64,000 nucleotides of DNA from an uncultured cyanobacterium (GTDB lineage: Bacteria; Cyanobacteriota; Cyanobacteriia; PCC-6307; Cyanobiaceae): contig CAVXWZ010000008.1 of assembly GCA_963765575.1 (NCBI GenBank), forward strand, positions 256,001-320,000, written 5' to 3'. The notes under the pieces are model-generated. The model was not told the origin of the DNA. It saw only the letters and a program-made list of their open reading frames with translations, and did not search any database. Numbering within the stretch: the first letter of the stretch is position 1; each line of letters begins with the position of its first letter. The position numbers were made by a program, and so were the translations under genes. Positions 11,671 to 22,628 of the stretch are shown piece by piece.

Positions 11671-11945
11671 GCGGCCCTCCTCCCCCCACCGACTCCGGGC
11701 GGGGTGCCGGCCGCTGGGTGGCGATCGTCACCGGGGCCATCTCGGTGCTGGTGGGGGTGCTCTACCTGCTGCTGATCGTGGCCCTGGACAGCCGCGGGCC
11801 GTTGCAGCCGCCACCCCCGGAGGCCCTCGGCCTGCCGGGGCCGGCGGCCGCTGGGCCCGCCCTCAGCGCGGCTGCGGCCGCGGTCGATCCGAGCGCGGCG
11901 GCAACTGCGGATCCCGGCGCCGCAGCGGTTCCACCACCCGACTGA
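11667..11945 (+). CDS. Small hypothetical membrane protein
   Basis: ATGA overlap with upstream stop; single TM (WVAIVTGAISVLVGVLYLLLIVALD) followed by PPPPEA. Confidence 0.7.
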   Translation: MSGPPPPTDSGRGAGRWVAIVTGAISVLVGVLYLLLIVALDSRGPLQPPPPEALGLPGPAAAGPALSAAAAAVDPSAAATADPGAAAVPPPD

Positions 11946-13429
11946 GGGCCTCCTGCAGGAAGCGCTGCAGGGCCCCGTCGCGGCGGTTGAGGTCGTAATG
12001 GCGCTGCACCACCTCCTGAATGCCGCCATCGCCCCAGTCCTGATCCCGCTCGAAGTAGGTGATGAAGCTGGCGCCGGCCACCCGGGTGAGCCAGGCGGCG
12101 CTCACCGCCTGCACCGCCCGGCTCACCAGCAGCGCCGGCAGGTTGAGGCTCAGGGCTGCTGAGAGCAGCCCCACGCCGCCCTTCACCAGCCCCAGTGCCG
12201 CCAGGGTGCGGCCCACCGAGAGGGCGAGATCCTGGGCGGCCTGGCGGCTCAGGCTGACCCCGAAGCTGCGGCCCAGCTCCACCACCATCTGGGCGTTGAC
12301 CGCCGCCGCGCCCAGCAGATCCAGTCCCGGCAGCGGCGTGACCGCCACCACCCCGGCGCCGATCCACATGTACCGATCCACGATCATTTCGGCGTCCCGG
12401 CGACGTTGACCGGCCAGCAGGGCGCGGCTGGCGTCGCTGAGATGGCGGCACTGCAGCAGCAGGTTGTCGGCGATCAGTTCCTCGCCGTCGGCGTGCAGCA
12501 CGGCGGCAAGCCGCCGCAACAACGCCTCGACTTCCGGGGCCGGCTGCAGGGGCCGACCGCCGGGCATCGGCACGCTCTGGGGCGCGGCGCTGGCCGCCAC
12601 CACGTCCTCGCGGGCCACCAGGCCCTCCACCCGGCTGCGCAGCAGCGCCAGCAGCCGCTCCTCCTCCTGCTCGCCGCGCAGGTCGCATTTGTTCAGCACC
12701 AGCAGCAGGCGCTTGCCCATGCCGGCGAGGCTGCGCAACACCTCCGCTTCACTGGCCCGCAGGTCGCCATCCACCACCAGCAGCAGCAGGTCGGCGCGGC
12801 TGGCCTGGCGGCGGGCCAGCTGCTCGCGCTCCTGACCACTGACGCCGGCCTCGAGGATGCCGGGGGTGTCCACCAGCCACACGGCCCGCTGCAGGCCCCG
12901 CAGCCGCAGCCGGTAGCGCTCAGCCTCGGTGGTCGATCCCATCGGCGCCCCCACCTGCCCCACCAGCTCCCGCAGCAGGGCACGAATCAGGGAGGTCTTG
13001 CCGGCCGAGCCGCTGCCGAAGACCACAATCACCAGGTCGCCCCGCTCCAGTTCGCTGGCCATCCGCCGACGCTCCTGGTCGAGGGCCGCGCGGGCAATGC
13101 CCTCCCGCACCCGCTCCAGGGTCTGGTCGATGGCTTCGAGGTTGCGCGCCGCCGCCTCGCGGCGGCTGCTGGGGGCCTGCGCTGGGGCCTGGCCCCCTGC
13201 CCGCCGCCGCCGTTCGCTGCCTGGCAAAAAGGGCTGCAGCCAGGGCCAGGCCAGCTGGCCCAGCAGGGCCGCCACCACCGCCACCAGCAGCAGCGCCACC
13301 GGCCCCACCAGGCCGTAGGGCAGCACGGCAATAGAGCTGCCAGCTCACCTGGTTGAAGGCCGCAATCACCACCAGCAGGGCCAGCAGCAGCACGGCGACG
13401 GCGATCCAGAGGCGGGTGCGTTGCTTCAT
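11863..13429 (-). pseudogene. YcjF/DUF697 membrane GTPase (Era-like), apparent +1 frameshift near 13327-13347
   Basis: GSGSAGKTS, DTPG, NKCD motifs in the 11863-13326 frame; the N-terminal TM (MKQRTRLWIAVAVLLLALLVV) starts at ATG 13429 in a different frame. Confidence 0.75.
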
Positions 13430-13445
13430 GCCGCAATCGACCTCC

Positions 13446-15575
13446 CTAGGAGTTCTGGAGCCGGGCGATCTCACCCCATAGTCCCGCGGCCATGGAGCTG
13501 GAGCCATTGGTGGGTTGGTTCTCGTCGTTGCCCAGCCAGATGCCGATCACCCAGTCCCGCCGCGGGTCATAGCCCACGAACAGCAGGTCGCGGTTCTGGT
13601 TGGTGGTGCCGGTTTTGCCACCCTCCTGGCCGCCGAGGGAGGCGGCGGTGCCGGTTCCCGAACGCACCACGGCCCTGAGCAGCTGCTGCATCCTGCGGGC
13701 GGTCTCCTCGGACACCGCCCGCCGTCCCGCTGCCGGCCCTGAGCCAGCACCACGACCGCCCCCCGCCGCCTGTTCGCGGCAGCGGTCCGGCTCTTCACCG
13801 CGACAGGTTTCGCCGTCCACCACCTGGCGGATGGTGGTGGGCGGGCGCCAGGTGCCGCCGTTGGCGATGGCCGCGTAGGCGGCGGTGAGTTCCAGCAGGG
13901 TGATCTCGCTCTGGCCGAGGGCCAGGCCGGGCACGGGGGCGAGGTCACTGGTGATACCCAGATCCCGGGCCGTCTGCACCACCGCCTCCAGGCCCACCCG
14001 CTGGGCGAGGCGCAGGGCTGCGGTGTTGCTGCTGCGGGCGAACGCACTCACCAGGGAGAGGGTGCCCGAGCAGTCACTGGCAAAGGTCTGGCCCCGCCAG
14101 CGCAGGGGCCCGCAGTCGACCGGGTCGCCGGGACTGCTGCCACGCTCGAGGGCGGCCAGAAAGGGGAAGAGCTTGAACGTGCTGCCCGGCTGCCGCAGGG
14201 CCATCGTGGCCCGGTTGAACTGGCTCTGCTGGTAGTCGCGGCCGCCGACCAGGGCCAGGACGCCGCCATTGCCGGCATCCAGCACCACCACCGCCCCCTC
14301 GCTCACCCCCAGGCTGGCACTGCCCTCGAGGCGACGCCGCAACAGCCGCTCCACCTGCTCCTGCAGCCGGGGATCGAGGTGGGTCTCGATGAGGAAATTG
14401 CCCTCGGCCGCCACGTCGGCGCCCACCTGGGCCTCCAGATCGCGGCGCACCTGATCGGTGTAGAACGGCGCCCCACGGCCCAACTCCTGGCTGCGGCAGG
14501 CCTCCGGATGCAGTTGCACCGGACTGCGCCGAGCCCGCCGGCCTTCATCGGCGCTGATGCGGGTGGTGTCGACCATCTTGCCGAGCACCTGATTGCGGGA
14601 GTCCAACGCCGCCTGGGGGTCGAAGCAGGGGTCGTAGCCGTTGGGGGAGGGCAGCAGGCCCACCAGCAGGGCTGCTTCCTCCAGGCTCAGCTCCTGGGCC
14701 GGCTTGGCGAAGAAGTGGTGGCTGGCGTCCTCGAATCCCCAGCCCACCCCCAGGTACACGCGGTTGAGATAGCTCAGCAGCAGGTCGCGTTTGCTGAAGC
14801 GCGCCTCCAGCTGCAGGGACACCAGCAGTTCCCGCCACTTGCGACCCAGCGTCTCCCCCTGACCCACCTGGTCGGGATAGAGGCTGCGGGCCAGCTGCTG
14901 GGTGAGGGTGCTGCCGCCCTGCAGCACCCGCCCCACCAGCAGGTTGGTGAGCAGGGCCCGGGCTGTGCCCACAGGATCCACCCCGGGATGCCACCAGAAG
15001 CGGCTGTCCTCGCTGGCCAAGAGGGCGTCCAGAAGCACGGGTGGGTAGTCGCGCAGATTCTCCAGTTCGCGGTGCTGGCGCCCTTCAGCGCTGGCGATCG
15101 GCTTGCCGGCGCGGTCGTAGAAGCTCAGCGGCCCGCGCACCGGCGCCAGGCTGCCGCGGATCGGCACCTGCACCACCGCCAGTCCCAGGGTGGCGAGGCC
15201 GATCGCTGCCAGGCCGGCGAGGCCGAGGCTGGTGCCGCGCACCAGCTCCGCCAGGCGGGGCCGGGGCCGCTGCTGGAATTCCAGTTCCGGCAGCCCGGCC
15301 TGCTGGCTGGGCCCAAAGCGCACACTGTCGCCATCACTCAGCAACAGCTCGCGCACCCGCCGGCCCCGCCACCAGAGGCCATTGGTGGAGCCGCTGTCGC
15401 GCAGGAGCCAGTGGCCGTCCACCTGCTCGAGCAGGGCGTGCTGGCGGCTCACGGCCGGATGGGCGATCGCCACCTGACAGTCGGCGTCGCGGCCCACCCG
15501 GTAGACCCCGCTGTGCAGCGCCAGCCGGGTGCTGCCCTGACCGGGCAGATGCACCAGCAGCAGCCCCTCGCTCAT
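13446..15575 (-). CDS. Class A penicillin-binding protein with N-terminal FHA domain
   Basis: FHA motifs (VGR, VSRQHA, STNG); TM; transglycosylase EDSRF and GGSTLTQQLAR; transpeptidase GSTFK, SSN, KTG. Confidence 0.92.
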   Translation of the reverse strand: MSEGLLLVHLPGQGSTRLALHSGVYRVGRDADCQVAIAHPAVSRQHALLEQVDGHWLLRDSGSTNGLWWRGRRVRELLLSDGDSVRFGPSQQAGLPELEFQQRPRPRLAELVRGTSLGLAGLAAIGLATLGLAVVQVPIRGSLAPVRGPLSFYDRAGKPIASAEGRQHRELENLRDYPPVLLDALLASEDSRFWWHPGVDPVGTARALLTNLLVGRVLQGGSTLTQQLARSLYPDQVGQGETLGRKWRELLVSLQLEARFSKRDLLLSYLNRVYLGVGWGFEDASHHFFAKPAQELSLEEAALLVGLLPSPNGYDPCFDPQAALDSRNQVLGKMVDTTRISADEGRRARRSPVQLHPEACRSQELGRGAPFYTDQVRRDLEAQVGADVAAEGNFLIETHLDPRLQEQVERLLRRRLEGSASLGVSEGAVVVLDAGNGGVLALVGGRDYQQSQFNRATMALRQPGSTFKLFPFLAALERGSSPGDPVDCGPLRWRGQTFASDCSGTLSLVSAFARSSNTAALRLAQRVGLEAVVQTARDLGITSDLAPVPGLALGQSEITLLELTAAYAAIANGGTWRPPTTIRQVVDGETCRGEEPDRCREQAAGGGRGAGSGPAAGRRAVSEETARRMQQLLRAVVRSGTGTAASLGGQEGGKTGTTNQNRDLLFVGYDPRRDWVIGIWLGNDENQPTNGSSSMAAGLWGEIARLQNS

Positions 15576-15650
15576 GGCGACAGCCCCACAGTCATGGCGA
15601 GAGCCCGTCGCCACCAACCAGAGCGTCCTGATCGATCACCGTGCTGGCCC

Positions 15651-16145
15651 TCACGGCCGGCGGCCGGGGCCGCCCGGCACCGGCATGACCAGATCAATGA
15701 GAAAGCAGAGCACGGCGAGGTTGATGGCGACATCGGCCAGATTGAACACCGGGAACTGAATCGGCACGAAGGCGAGGAAGTCCACCACCGCCCCCAGGCG
15801 CCAGCGGTCGAGTCCATTGCCGATGGCGCCCCCCAGCAGCAGGGCCAGGGCCAGAGCCCGGGCCACACCCAGGGGACTGCGTCCCTGCCGCCAGATCCAG
15901 ATGGCCACCCCGAGCGCCACCGCCAGGCTCACCACCCCGAGGGCACGGGGGGCGCCGCTGAACAGGCTGAAGGCAGCGCCGCTGTTGGTGGTGTACGTGA
16001 GCTCCAACAGTCCCGGCAGCAGGGGCCGGTCCGGTCCACGCGCCAGATGGGCCGTGGCCCAGGCCTTGGAGAGCTGGTCGGCGGCCACCACCAGGGCCGC
16101 CAGCAGAAAGCACAGCCGCCGGCCCAGCCTGACGGACATGCTCAT
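15651..16145 (-). CDS. lspA: Signal peptidase II
   Basis: DQLSK, NSGAAFS, GAIGNGLDR, VVDF, FNLADVAI. Confidence 0.96.
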   Translation of the reverse strand: MSMSVRLGRRLCFLLAALVVAADQLSKAWATAHLARGPDRPLLPGLLELTYTTNSGAAFSLFSGAPRALGVVSLAVALGVAIWIWRQGRSPLGVARALALALLLGGAIGNGLDRWRLGAVVDFLAFVPIQFPVFNLADVAINLAVLCFLIDLVMPVPGGPGRRP

Positions 16146-16732
16146 GGCTGCACGAGCAGCAGCCGACGCAACACCAGGGCCAGCACGGCGACGGCGGCGC
16201 AGAGCAGCAGCTGGGAGGGCAGCGGCACCAGGGAGTAGGTCACCAGCAGTTGCAGCAGGTCGCCCCGCCAGCGACCCGCCAGGGCCCCCAGCAGCAGGTT
16301 GAGCACCCCGCAGAGCTGGATCACCAGCAGGCCGAAGGCGGCCGTGCCCGTGAGCTTGAGCACGTCGTTCATGCCCGGCTGCCGCGCCAGCTTGCCGGCC
16401 AGCCAGCCGGCGGGCACGAAGCCGGCGAGGTAGCCGAAACCCGGATCCAGCACATAGCTGGCGCCGCCGCCGCCGTGGAACACGGGCAGCTCCAGCAGGC
16501 CCAGGGTGAGATAGGCCACCGCCGCCAGCAGGGCGCTGCGGTGGCCGCAGACCAGGGCCGTGAGCAGCAGGGCCGGCACCTGCAGCGTGATCGGCAGGGG
16601 ACCGATGGCCCAGGCGCCATCACCGCTGGGGAGGGGCGCAGCGGCCTGGATCATGCCGCCGATCAGGATCAGCAGCAGGCCGGCGACGGCACCACTCCAG
16701 TTGGCCAGGGCCCTCAACGGCACAGATGTCAC
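16142..16732 (-). CDS. bioY: Biotin transporter BioY
   Basis: PITLQ, AYLTLGLLELPVF, PGFGYLAGF. Confidence 0.9.
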   Translation of the reverse strand: MTSVPLRALANWSGAVAGLLLILIGGMIQAAAPLPSGDGAWAIGPLPITLQVPALLLTALVCGHRSALLAAVAYLTLGLLELPVFHGGGGASYVLDPGFGYLAGFVPAGWLAGKLARQPGMNDVLKLTGTAAFGLLVIQLCGVLNLLLGALAGRWRGDLLQLLVTYSLVPLPSQLLLCAAVAVLALVLRRLLLVQP

Positions 16733-16825
16733 TGGCGTCAGTCTGACCGGTGATCCACCCGGCGCCGCCCGCCGCTGTGCCAGGGTTCGCGGGCAGCCAT
16801 GATGCGGCCCCAGCCCTGGATTTCG

Positions 16826-17086
16826 ATGGCCGAGGCCGACACTCCAGACACCCCAACCCCAGCAGCGGGCCCCGCGCCCGAGCTCTCGATCGGCCAGTCG
16901 GTGAGCCTCAGGGAGCGGCCGGGCTACCTGAAGACCGCCGATCCGATGCCGATGCTGCGCCCCCCCGATCTCATCGGCATGCAGGAGGTGGGGGTGGTGG
17001 TGGAGCTGCGGGCCCTGGGCATGGTGGCCGTGCGCTACCGCCGTGGCACCTTCCTGCTGGCCGCCTCAGCCCTGGATCCGGCCTGA
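16826..17086 (+). CDS. sipA: Regulatory protein SipA (DUF3148)
   Basis: YLKTADPMPMLRPPDL...AVRYRRGTFLL. Confidence 0.85.
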   Translation: MAEADTPDTPTPAAGPAPELSIGQSVSLRERPGYLKTADPMPMLRPPDLIGMQEVGVVVELRALGMVAVRYRRGTFLLAASALDPA

Positions 17087-18412
17087 GCCGCGATCGCCTG
17101 CGGCCGGCTCAGCTGGTTCGGCGCTGCCGGCTACGGCCCAGGCCGCTTCAGCACTCCTGATGGCCTCCGCCGGACCGCAGAGGCTGAGCACCGGCCGGCC
17201 CAGCCAGCGCCGGGCTGCCGTCCGCAGGTCGTCGGCGCTGAGCCGCTCGGCCTGCTCCAGAGATTCCCGCACATGCCCAGGGCCCAGACCGTGGCCCAGC
17301 ACCAGCGCCTGGCGGTCGGCCACCTGGGCGCAGGTCTGGCGGCCCATGGCGTCCTGGCCGCGGAACTTGGCCCGGGCCAGCTCCAGCTCGGATTCGCTCA
17401 GCAGCTCGCTGGCCAGCCGCTGCCATTCCTCCACCAGGCAGCGGCAGGCCTCCCCAGCCCGGGCGGCGGAGGTGGAGAGGTGCAGCACGAAGGGGGTGGC
17501 GGCACAGCGGGCCGGCATGTGCACGCCCACGTCGTAGGCCAGTCCCCGCTGCTCCCGCATCACCTGGAACAGGCGGCTGGACATTCCCAGTCCCAGATGG
17601 GCCTGCAGCAGCAGCAGGGCCAGGGCATCGCCATGGCCCAGGGGCAGCGTCGCGGTGCCAAGCATCAACACCAGTTGTTCGGTGTCCTGCTCCTGAACGG
17701 CCAGGGGATGGCGAGTCGCGGCGGCGGGGCTCCAGGGCCGCTGGCGCGGTGCCTGGGTGGGCCAGGGCCGTTGCTGCAGGACTGCGCTCAAGCGGTCTGC
17801 CAAGCCGTCGTTGACATCGCCGCAGAGCACCAGCAGGGCACCCGGTTCGCCCAGCCCCCCCACCAAGGCCCGCAGATCCGGGGCCTGCAGGGCCGCCAGA
17901 TCGTCCTCCAGTCCAAGCGGATCGTGGCCATAGGGACCGTCGCTGTAAAGCAGACCGCGCAGGCCGTCGTAGGCCAACTGGAATGGATCCTCCCGTTGCC
18001 GCAGCAGCTGCTGCAGGTTGAGCTGGCGCTCCAGATCCACCTGCTCGGGGTCGAGGCTGGGCTCAGCGGCCATCGACAGCAGCAAGGGCAGCAGCTGGGG
18101 CGCATCGCTGCTGGCACATTTCAGACTCAGCACCAGGGCGTCCTCACTGGCCTCGGCCCGCAGGCCCGCCCCGCAGCCCTCCACCAGGTCGGCCAGGGCC
18201 TCGGCGTCCAGGTGGCCCGCACCCCGGGTCATGGTGCCCGCCAGGAGCTGCATCGCCCCGCACTGGCCCCTGGGATCGACGCTGCTGCCGCCGCGGATCC
18301 ACAGCCGGGCCGCCAGCACACCGGCGGCGGGTCGTCGTTGGCTCACCAGTGGCAGGCCACCGGGCAGCACCCGGGTGCTCCAGGTGCTGGGCTGGGCAGC
18401 GATCAGGCTCAT
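17066..18412 (-). CDS. M16 family peptidase, non-catalytic-type subunit
   Basis: M16 fold motifs (SSRLFQVMREQRGLAY); no HXXEH. Confidence 0.85.
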   Translation of the reverse strand: MSLIAAQPSTWSTRVLPGGLPLVSQRRPAAGVLAARLWIRGGSSVDPRGQCGAMQLLAGTMTRGAGHLDAEALADLVEGCGAGLRAEASEDALVLSLKCASSDAPQLLPLLLSMAAEPSLDPEQVDLERQLNLQQLLRQREDPFQLAYDGLRGLLYSDGPYGHDPLGLEDDLAALQAPDLRALVGGLGEPGALLVLCGDVNDGLADRLSAVLQQRPWPTQAPRQRPWSPAAATRHPLAVQEQDTEQLVLMLGTATLPLGHGDALALLLLQAHLGLGMSSRLFQVMREQRGLAYDVGVHMPARCAATPFVLHLSTSAARAGEACRCLVEEWQRLASELLSESELELARAKFRGQDAMGRQTCAQVADRQALVLGHGLGPGHVRESLEQAERLSADDLRTAARRWLGRPVLSLCGPAEAIRSAEAAWAVAGSAEPAEPAAGDRGSGRIQG

Positions 18413-19737
18413 GCCGGCACCGCCTCGAGCACGCAGGCCCGTTGTGGATCCAGCAGGGGCAGCACGTCCCGCACCAGGGCGGCTGGATCCCAGCGTTCCA
18501 GTTCCAGCAGCGGGCCGTCCAGGGCCGCGGGGTGGTTCCAGAGATGGGTGTTGCCGAGCACGCCGGCCACGCCGGCGGACGACTCCAGGCCGAAGCGATA
18601 GCCGTTGGCCACCATCCGCTGGCAACGCCGCCACTCCGGCGCCGCGATCTCCCCTGCCGCCAGCTCGCGGAAGACGGCCTCGATCTCGCGCCGGATCACG
18701 GGCAGGTCTGCGGCCGTGCCGATGGCCTCCAGCAGGGCGAAGCTGCCGCACTCGAGCACGTGCAGATCCAGGTCCAGGCTCTCGACAATCCGCAGCTGCT
18801 CGCGCAGCCGCTCCACCAGCCGGCTACGCCGACCCTCGGCCAGCAGGCTGGTGAGCAGGTCGGCCCCCATCACGCCATGGAGGTCGGCCGCCGGCGGCAG
18901 GGACCAGAGCATCAGCAGCCGCGCCGACTCGAGTCTCGGAACCTGCAGGCGGTGCTCACCGGGCCGCAGAGCCAGGACCGGCAGTGGCGGCTCTGATTGG
19001 GCTGCGCCCAGGCGGGCCAGCGCACTGGCGGCCAGGCGCTCCTGCAGGGCGAGCGTGGAGCTGGCCTGAGGATCAAGGCAGCCACTGAGCACCAGCAGGC
19101 AGCGGTTGGCGCTGTAGTGACGGCGGTGGAAGGCCGCCATCGATTCGGGACTCTGGGCCAACAGCTGCTGGCGATGGCCCAGGATCGGTTCGCCGTAGGG
19201 GTGGCCACTGCAGCCGTGGCCCAGCAGCCGCTGCATGGCCACCTCCTCCGGCTGGTCCTCGCTCTGGGCCAGCTCCTCGAGCACCACCTGGCGCTCCAGC
19301 TCGAAGGCCTGGGCATCGAGGCGTGGTTCGAGCACCAGGTCCAGCAGCAGATCGAGGGCCTCGGCCGCCTGCTCGGGGGGAATCAGCAGGTGGTAGTGCA
19401 CATCGTCAAAGCCGGTGGCGGCATTGCTGCTGCCCCCGAGGGCCTCGATGCGCCGGTCGAATTCGCCTGGCTCCAGGTGGGCGCTGCCCTTGAACACCAT
19501 GTGCTCCAGGAAATGGGCCAGGCCGCTCTGGCCAGGACCCTCGAACACGCTGCCGGCGCGGCACCAGAAATCGAGGCACACCAGCGGCGCGTCCGGCAAA
19601 TGCAGGCTCACCACCCGGGCGTCGTTGGCCAGGTGCTGCACCCGCGGCGGGCTCAGGCCCGGCAGGGACAGCGGCCCCGGGGCCTGGGGCCCTGGGGCCG
19701 GAGCTGGGGACAGAGCGGAACCTTGGGCCAGGGGCAA
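18409..19737 (-). CDS. M16 family zinc peptidase
   Basis: [14 protein letters not shown] (HXXEH), NAATGFD. Confidence 0.92.
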   Translation of the reverse strand: MPLAQGSALSPAPAPGPQAPGPLSLPGLSPPRVQHLANDARVVSLHLPDAPLVCLDFWCRAGSVFEGPGQSGLAHFLEHMVFKGSAHLEPGEFDRRIEALGGSSNAATGFDDVHYHLLIPPEQAAEALDLLLDLVLEPRLDAQAFELERQVVLEELAQSEDQPEEVAMQRLLGHGCSGHPYGEPILGHRQQLLAQSPESMAAFHRRHYSANRCLLVLSGCLDPQASSTLALQERLAASALARLGAAQSEPPLPVLALRPGEHRLQVPRLESARLLMLWSLPPAADLHGVMGADLLTSLLAEGRRSRLVERLREQLRIVESLDLDLHVLECGSFALLEAIGTAADLPVIRREIEAVFRELAAGEIAAPEWRRCQRMVANGYRFGLESSAGVAGVLGNTHLWNHPAALDGPLLELERWDPAALVRDVLPLLDPQRACVLEAVPA

Positions 19738-19785
19738 CGGGGCGCACGTGGCAGGATCCGCATTCTGCTGGCTGGTGCCACCACT

Positions 19786-20538
19786 GTGAGTTCATCCGCA
19801 CCTCCGCATTCGGCGCCCCAGGGGCTGCCCCTCCATCCCCTGGTCGAAGACCTCGCCGCCAGCATCCGCACCTGCTGGGCCGACCTGCCGGACCTGGCCC
19901 CCCTGGCAGTGGATCCGGAGCTGGAGGCGATCAGCGGCAGCCTGGATGGGGAGGCCCTGTTCATCCGCAATGAGCTGCACAGCAGCCGGGGACTGCGCAA
20001 GCTGCATCTGGAAACGGCCCGCCTGGGGCTCGGTCTGCAGATCCTGCATTGCGTGTGGTTTCCCGACCCCCGCTTCGATCTGCCGGTGTTCGGGGCCGAC
20101 ATCGTCGCCAGTCCGGCCGGGGTGTCGGCCGCGATCATGGATCTCTCTCCCGTGCGGCAGGACCTGCCCGAGGGGATCCGCTCGGCCCTCGACGCCCGCC
20201 CGCAGCGCCACTACAGCCAGCCCCGGGAGCTGCCGCCCTGGGGCTCGATCTTTTCCTCCCACGTGCGCTTCGTGCGGCCGGCCGACGCCGAAGAGGAACA
20301 GACCTTTGTGGAGGAGGTGGCCGAGGCCCTGGGCATCCTGGCGGAGGCCTGCCGCCACACCCCCGCTCAGGCCGCCGATGACCCGGCTACGGTGAATCGG
20401 TGGCAGGGTCAGCTCAGCTATTGCCGGCAACAGAAACAAAACGACAAGACCCGCCGCGTTCTGGAGAAGGCGTTCAACCCGGCCTGGGCCGAGCGCTACA
20501 TCGAAGACTTGCTCTTCGACGATCCCCCGAAGCCCTGA
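19786..20538 (+). CDS. pcyA: Phycocyanobilin:ferredoxin oxidoreductase
   Basis: [38 protein letters not shown]. Confidence 0.96.
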   Translation: MSSSAPPHSAPQGLPLHPLVEDLAASIRTCWADLPDLAPLAVDPELEAISGSLDGEALFIRNELHSSRGLRKLHLETARLGLGLQILHCVWFPDPRFDLPVFGADIVASPAGVSAAIMDLSPVRQDLPEGIRSALDARPQRHYSQPRELPPWGSIFSSHVRFVRPADAEEEQTFVEEVAEALGILAEACRHTPAQAADDPATVNRWQGQLSYCRQQKQNDKTRRVLEKAFNPAWAERYIEDLLFDDPPKP

Positions 20539-21455
20539 AGCGTTGGCGCCGCCCCGCCCTGGTGGCTGTCGGGGCCCTGCTGGCGGCCGGCCTGCTCGGG
20601 GTGGGCCTCACCCGCCTGCTGCAGCGCCAGGCCACCCCCGCTGCCGCCGATGGGGGCGCCACGGACCAGGCCGCTGCCCTTCCCGAAGCGGTGGCGGCCC
20701 TGGGACGGCTCGACCCCAGCGGCGAGATCCACCAGCTGGCGGCACCGATCAGCGGCATCGGCGGCAGTCCTCGCATCACCCGCCTGCTGGTGGAGGAAGG
20801 GTCACAGGTTGCGGCCGGCCAGCTGCTGGCTGAATTCGACACCGGGCCAGGGCTGCGGGCCCAGGGCGCCGTGCTTGACAGCCGCATCGCCACCCTGCGC
20901 TCCCGGCAGACGGTGCAGCGCCGGGACATCGAGCGCTACCGCGAACTGGCGCGCCAGGGAGCCATCGCCGGCAGCAACCTGGACGTCCGCGAGAATGAGC
21001 TCCTGGGTCTCAGTGGTCAGCTGCAGGAGGCCCTGGCGGAGCGCGAACGCATCGACGCCGAGCTGGTGCTCACCGAACTGCGGGCTCCGATCGCGGGCAC
21101 CGTGCTGCGCCTCCACGCCCGGGAGGGCGAACGGCCCGGCGAGCAGGGGGTACTGGAGCTGGGTGCGAGCGAACGCATGGAAGCGCTGATCGAGGTTTAC
21201 GAGAGCGACATCGACCGGGTGCGCCTCGCTCAGCCAGTGCAGATCAGCAGCGAGGCCGGCGGCTTCAGCGGCAGCCTGCGGGGCCGGGTGCTGCGCATCA
21301 GCCCCCAGGTGCGCCAGCGCGAGGTGCTCTCCAGCGATCCCACCCAGGATGCCGACGCCCGCATCGTCGAGGTGCGGGTTGGGCTGGATCCCGACGATGC
21401 CCGGCGCGTGCGCGATCTCACCGGTCTGCGGGTGATCGCCCGGCTGGAGAGCTGA
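20535..21455 (+). CDS. devB: DevB-type membrane fusion protein (HlyD family); start uncertain
   Basis: [35 protein letters not shown]; upstream of devC and devA. Confidence 0.85.
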   Translation: MKRWRRPALVAVGALLAAGLLGVGLTRLLQRQATPAAADGGATDQAAALPEAVAALGRLDPSGEIHQLAAPISGIGGSPRITRLLVEEGSQVAAGQLLAEFDTGPGLRAQGAVLDSRIATLRSRQTVQRRDIERYRELARQGAIAGSNLDVRENELLGLSGQLQEALAERERIDAELVLTELRAPIAGTVLRLHAREGERPGEQGVLELGASERMEALIEVYESDIDRVRLAQPVQISSEAGGFSGSLRGRVLRISPQVRQREVLSSDPTQDADARIVEVRVGLDPDDARRVRDLTGLRVIARLES

Positions 21456-22628
21456 TGGCCTGGCGGCTCTGGCAGGGCCGGCGCATCCCGCTGGCCTGGC
21501 TGATGCTCACCCGTCAGCCGGTGCGCCTGGCGGTGGCCCTGGCCGGGATCGCCTTCGCCGGCATCCTGATGTTCATGCAGCTCGGTTTCCGCGACGGGCT
21601 GTTTGAGGCCAGTGTCACCCTGCACCGCCAGTTCGACACCGATCTGGTGCTGATGAGCCCGCGCACGGTCAGTTCGGTGAGCCATGGCCTCCTTCCCGCG
21701 TCGGCGCCTGGTGCAGACGATGGCCGATCCCGCCGTGCAGGGCATCACGCCGGTGAACTGGAACCTGCTGCTCTGGCGCAACCCGGAGAACCGCTCGACC
21801 CGCTCGATCCTCACCGTCGCCTTCGAGCCCACCGATCCCCTGTTCCTCGACCCGGCCATGGCCGGCCAGGCCCAGGCCCTCAGTCAGCAGGGCCGGGTGT
21901 TATTCGATGAGCGCTCCCGACCTGAATTCGGTCCGATCGCCGAACGCTTCCGCGCCGGTGAGGTGGTCGAAACCGAAGTCGCCGGCGTGCGCGTTCGGGT
22001 GGCCGGCCTGCTCGACATCGGTCCCTCCTTCGGCGCCGACGGCAACCTGATCACGAGCCGGGACACCTACCTGGAACTGGCCCCCAGCAGCCCCCCCGGC
22101 AGCATCGAGCTGGGGCTGATCCGGCTGCGCCCGGAGGCCGATGCCGAGGCCACCGCCGAACGGCTGCGACGCTTCCTGCCCCCCGATGTGACGGTGTTCA
22201 CGAAGGCGGGTTTCGAGGAGTTCGAGATGACCTACTGGCGCACCAGCACCGCGATCGGCTTCATCTTCACCCTGGGCGCGGCCATGGGCTTCGTGGTTGG
22301 CTGCGTGATCGTGTATCAGATCCTGAGCTCCGATGTCAGCGATCACCTGCCCGAGTACGCCACTTTGATGGCGATGGGCTATCCGTTGCCCGGGTTGCTG
22401 CGGGTGGTGGGCCGGGAAGGACTGCTGCTGGCGCTGCTGGGCTACCTGCCGGCCTACGCCGCCGGAATCGCCCTGTACGCCCTGGTGCGCAGCGGCACGC
22501 GCCTGCCCGTGTACATGAACACGACCCGCGCCCTGGTCGTGTTCGGCATGATCCTGGCGATGTGCCTGGCTTCGGCGGCCCTGGCCATGCGCCGGCTGGC
22601 CGATGCCGATCCCGCCGAGATTTTCTGA
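21455..22628 (+). pseudogene. devC: DevC ABC permease with a one-base frameshift at ~21683
   Basis: RIPLAWLML...GIAFAGILMFMQLGF in frame 21455; rest (MASFPRRRL...HLPEYATLMAMGY...ADPAEIF) in frame 21684; removing one C from AGC-C-ATG gives one 390-aa ORF. Confidence 0.85.

Noticed and set aside
17066..19737. Second M16 peptidase lacking HXXEH as a pseudogene
   Set aside because: Active plus inactive subunit pairs are the normal M16B arrangement and the frame is intact
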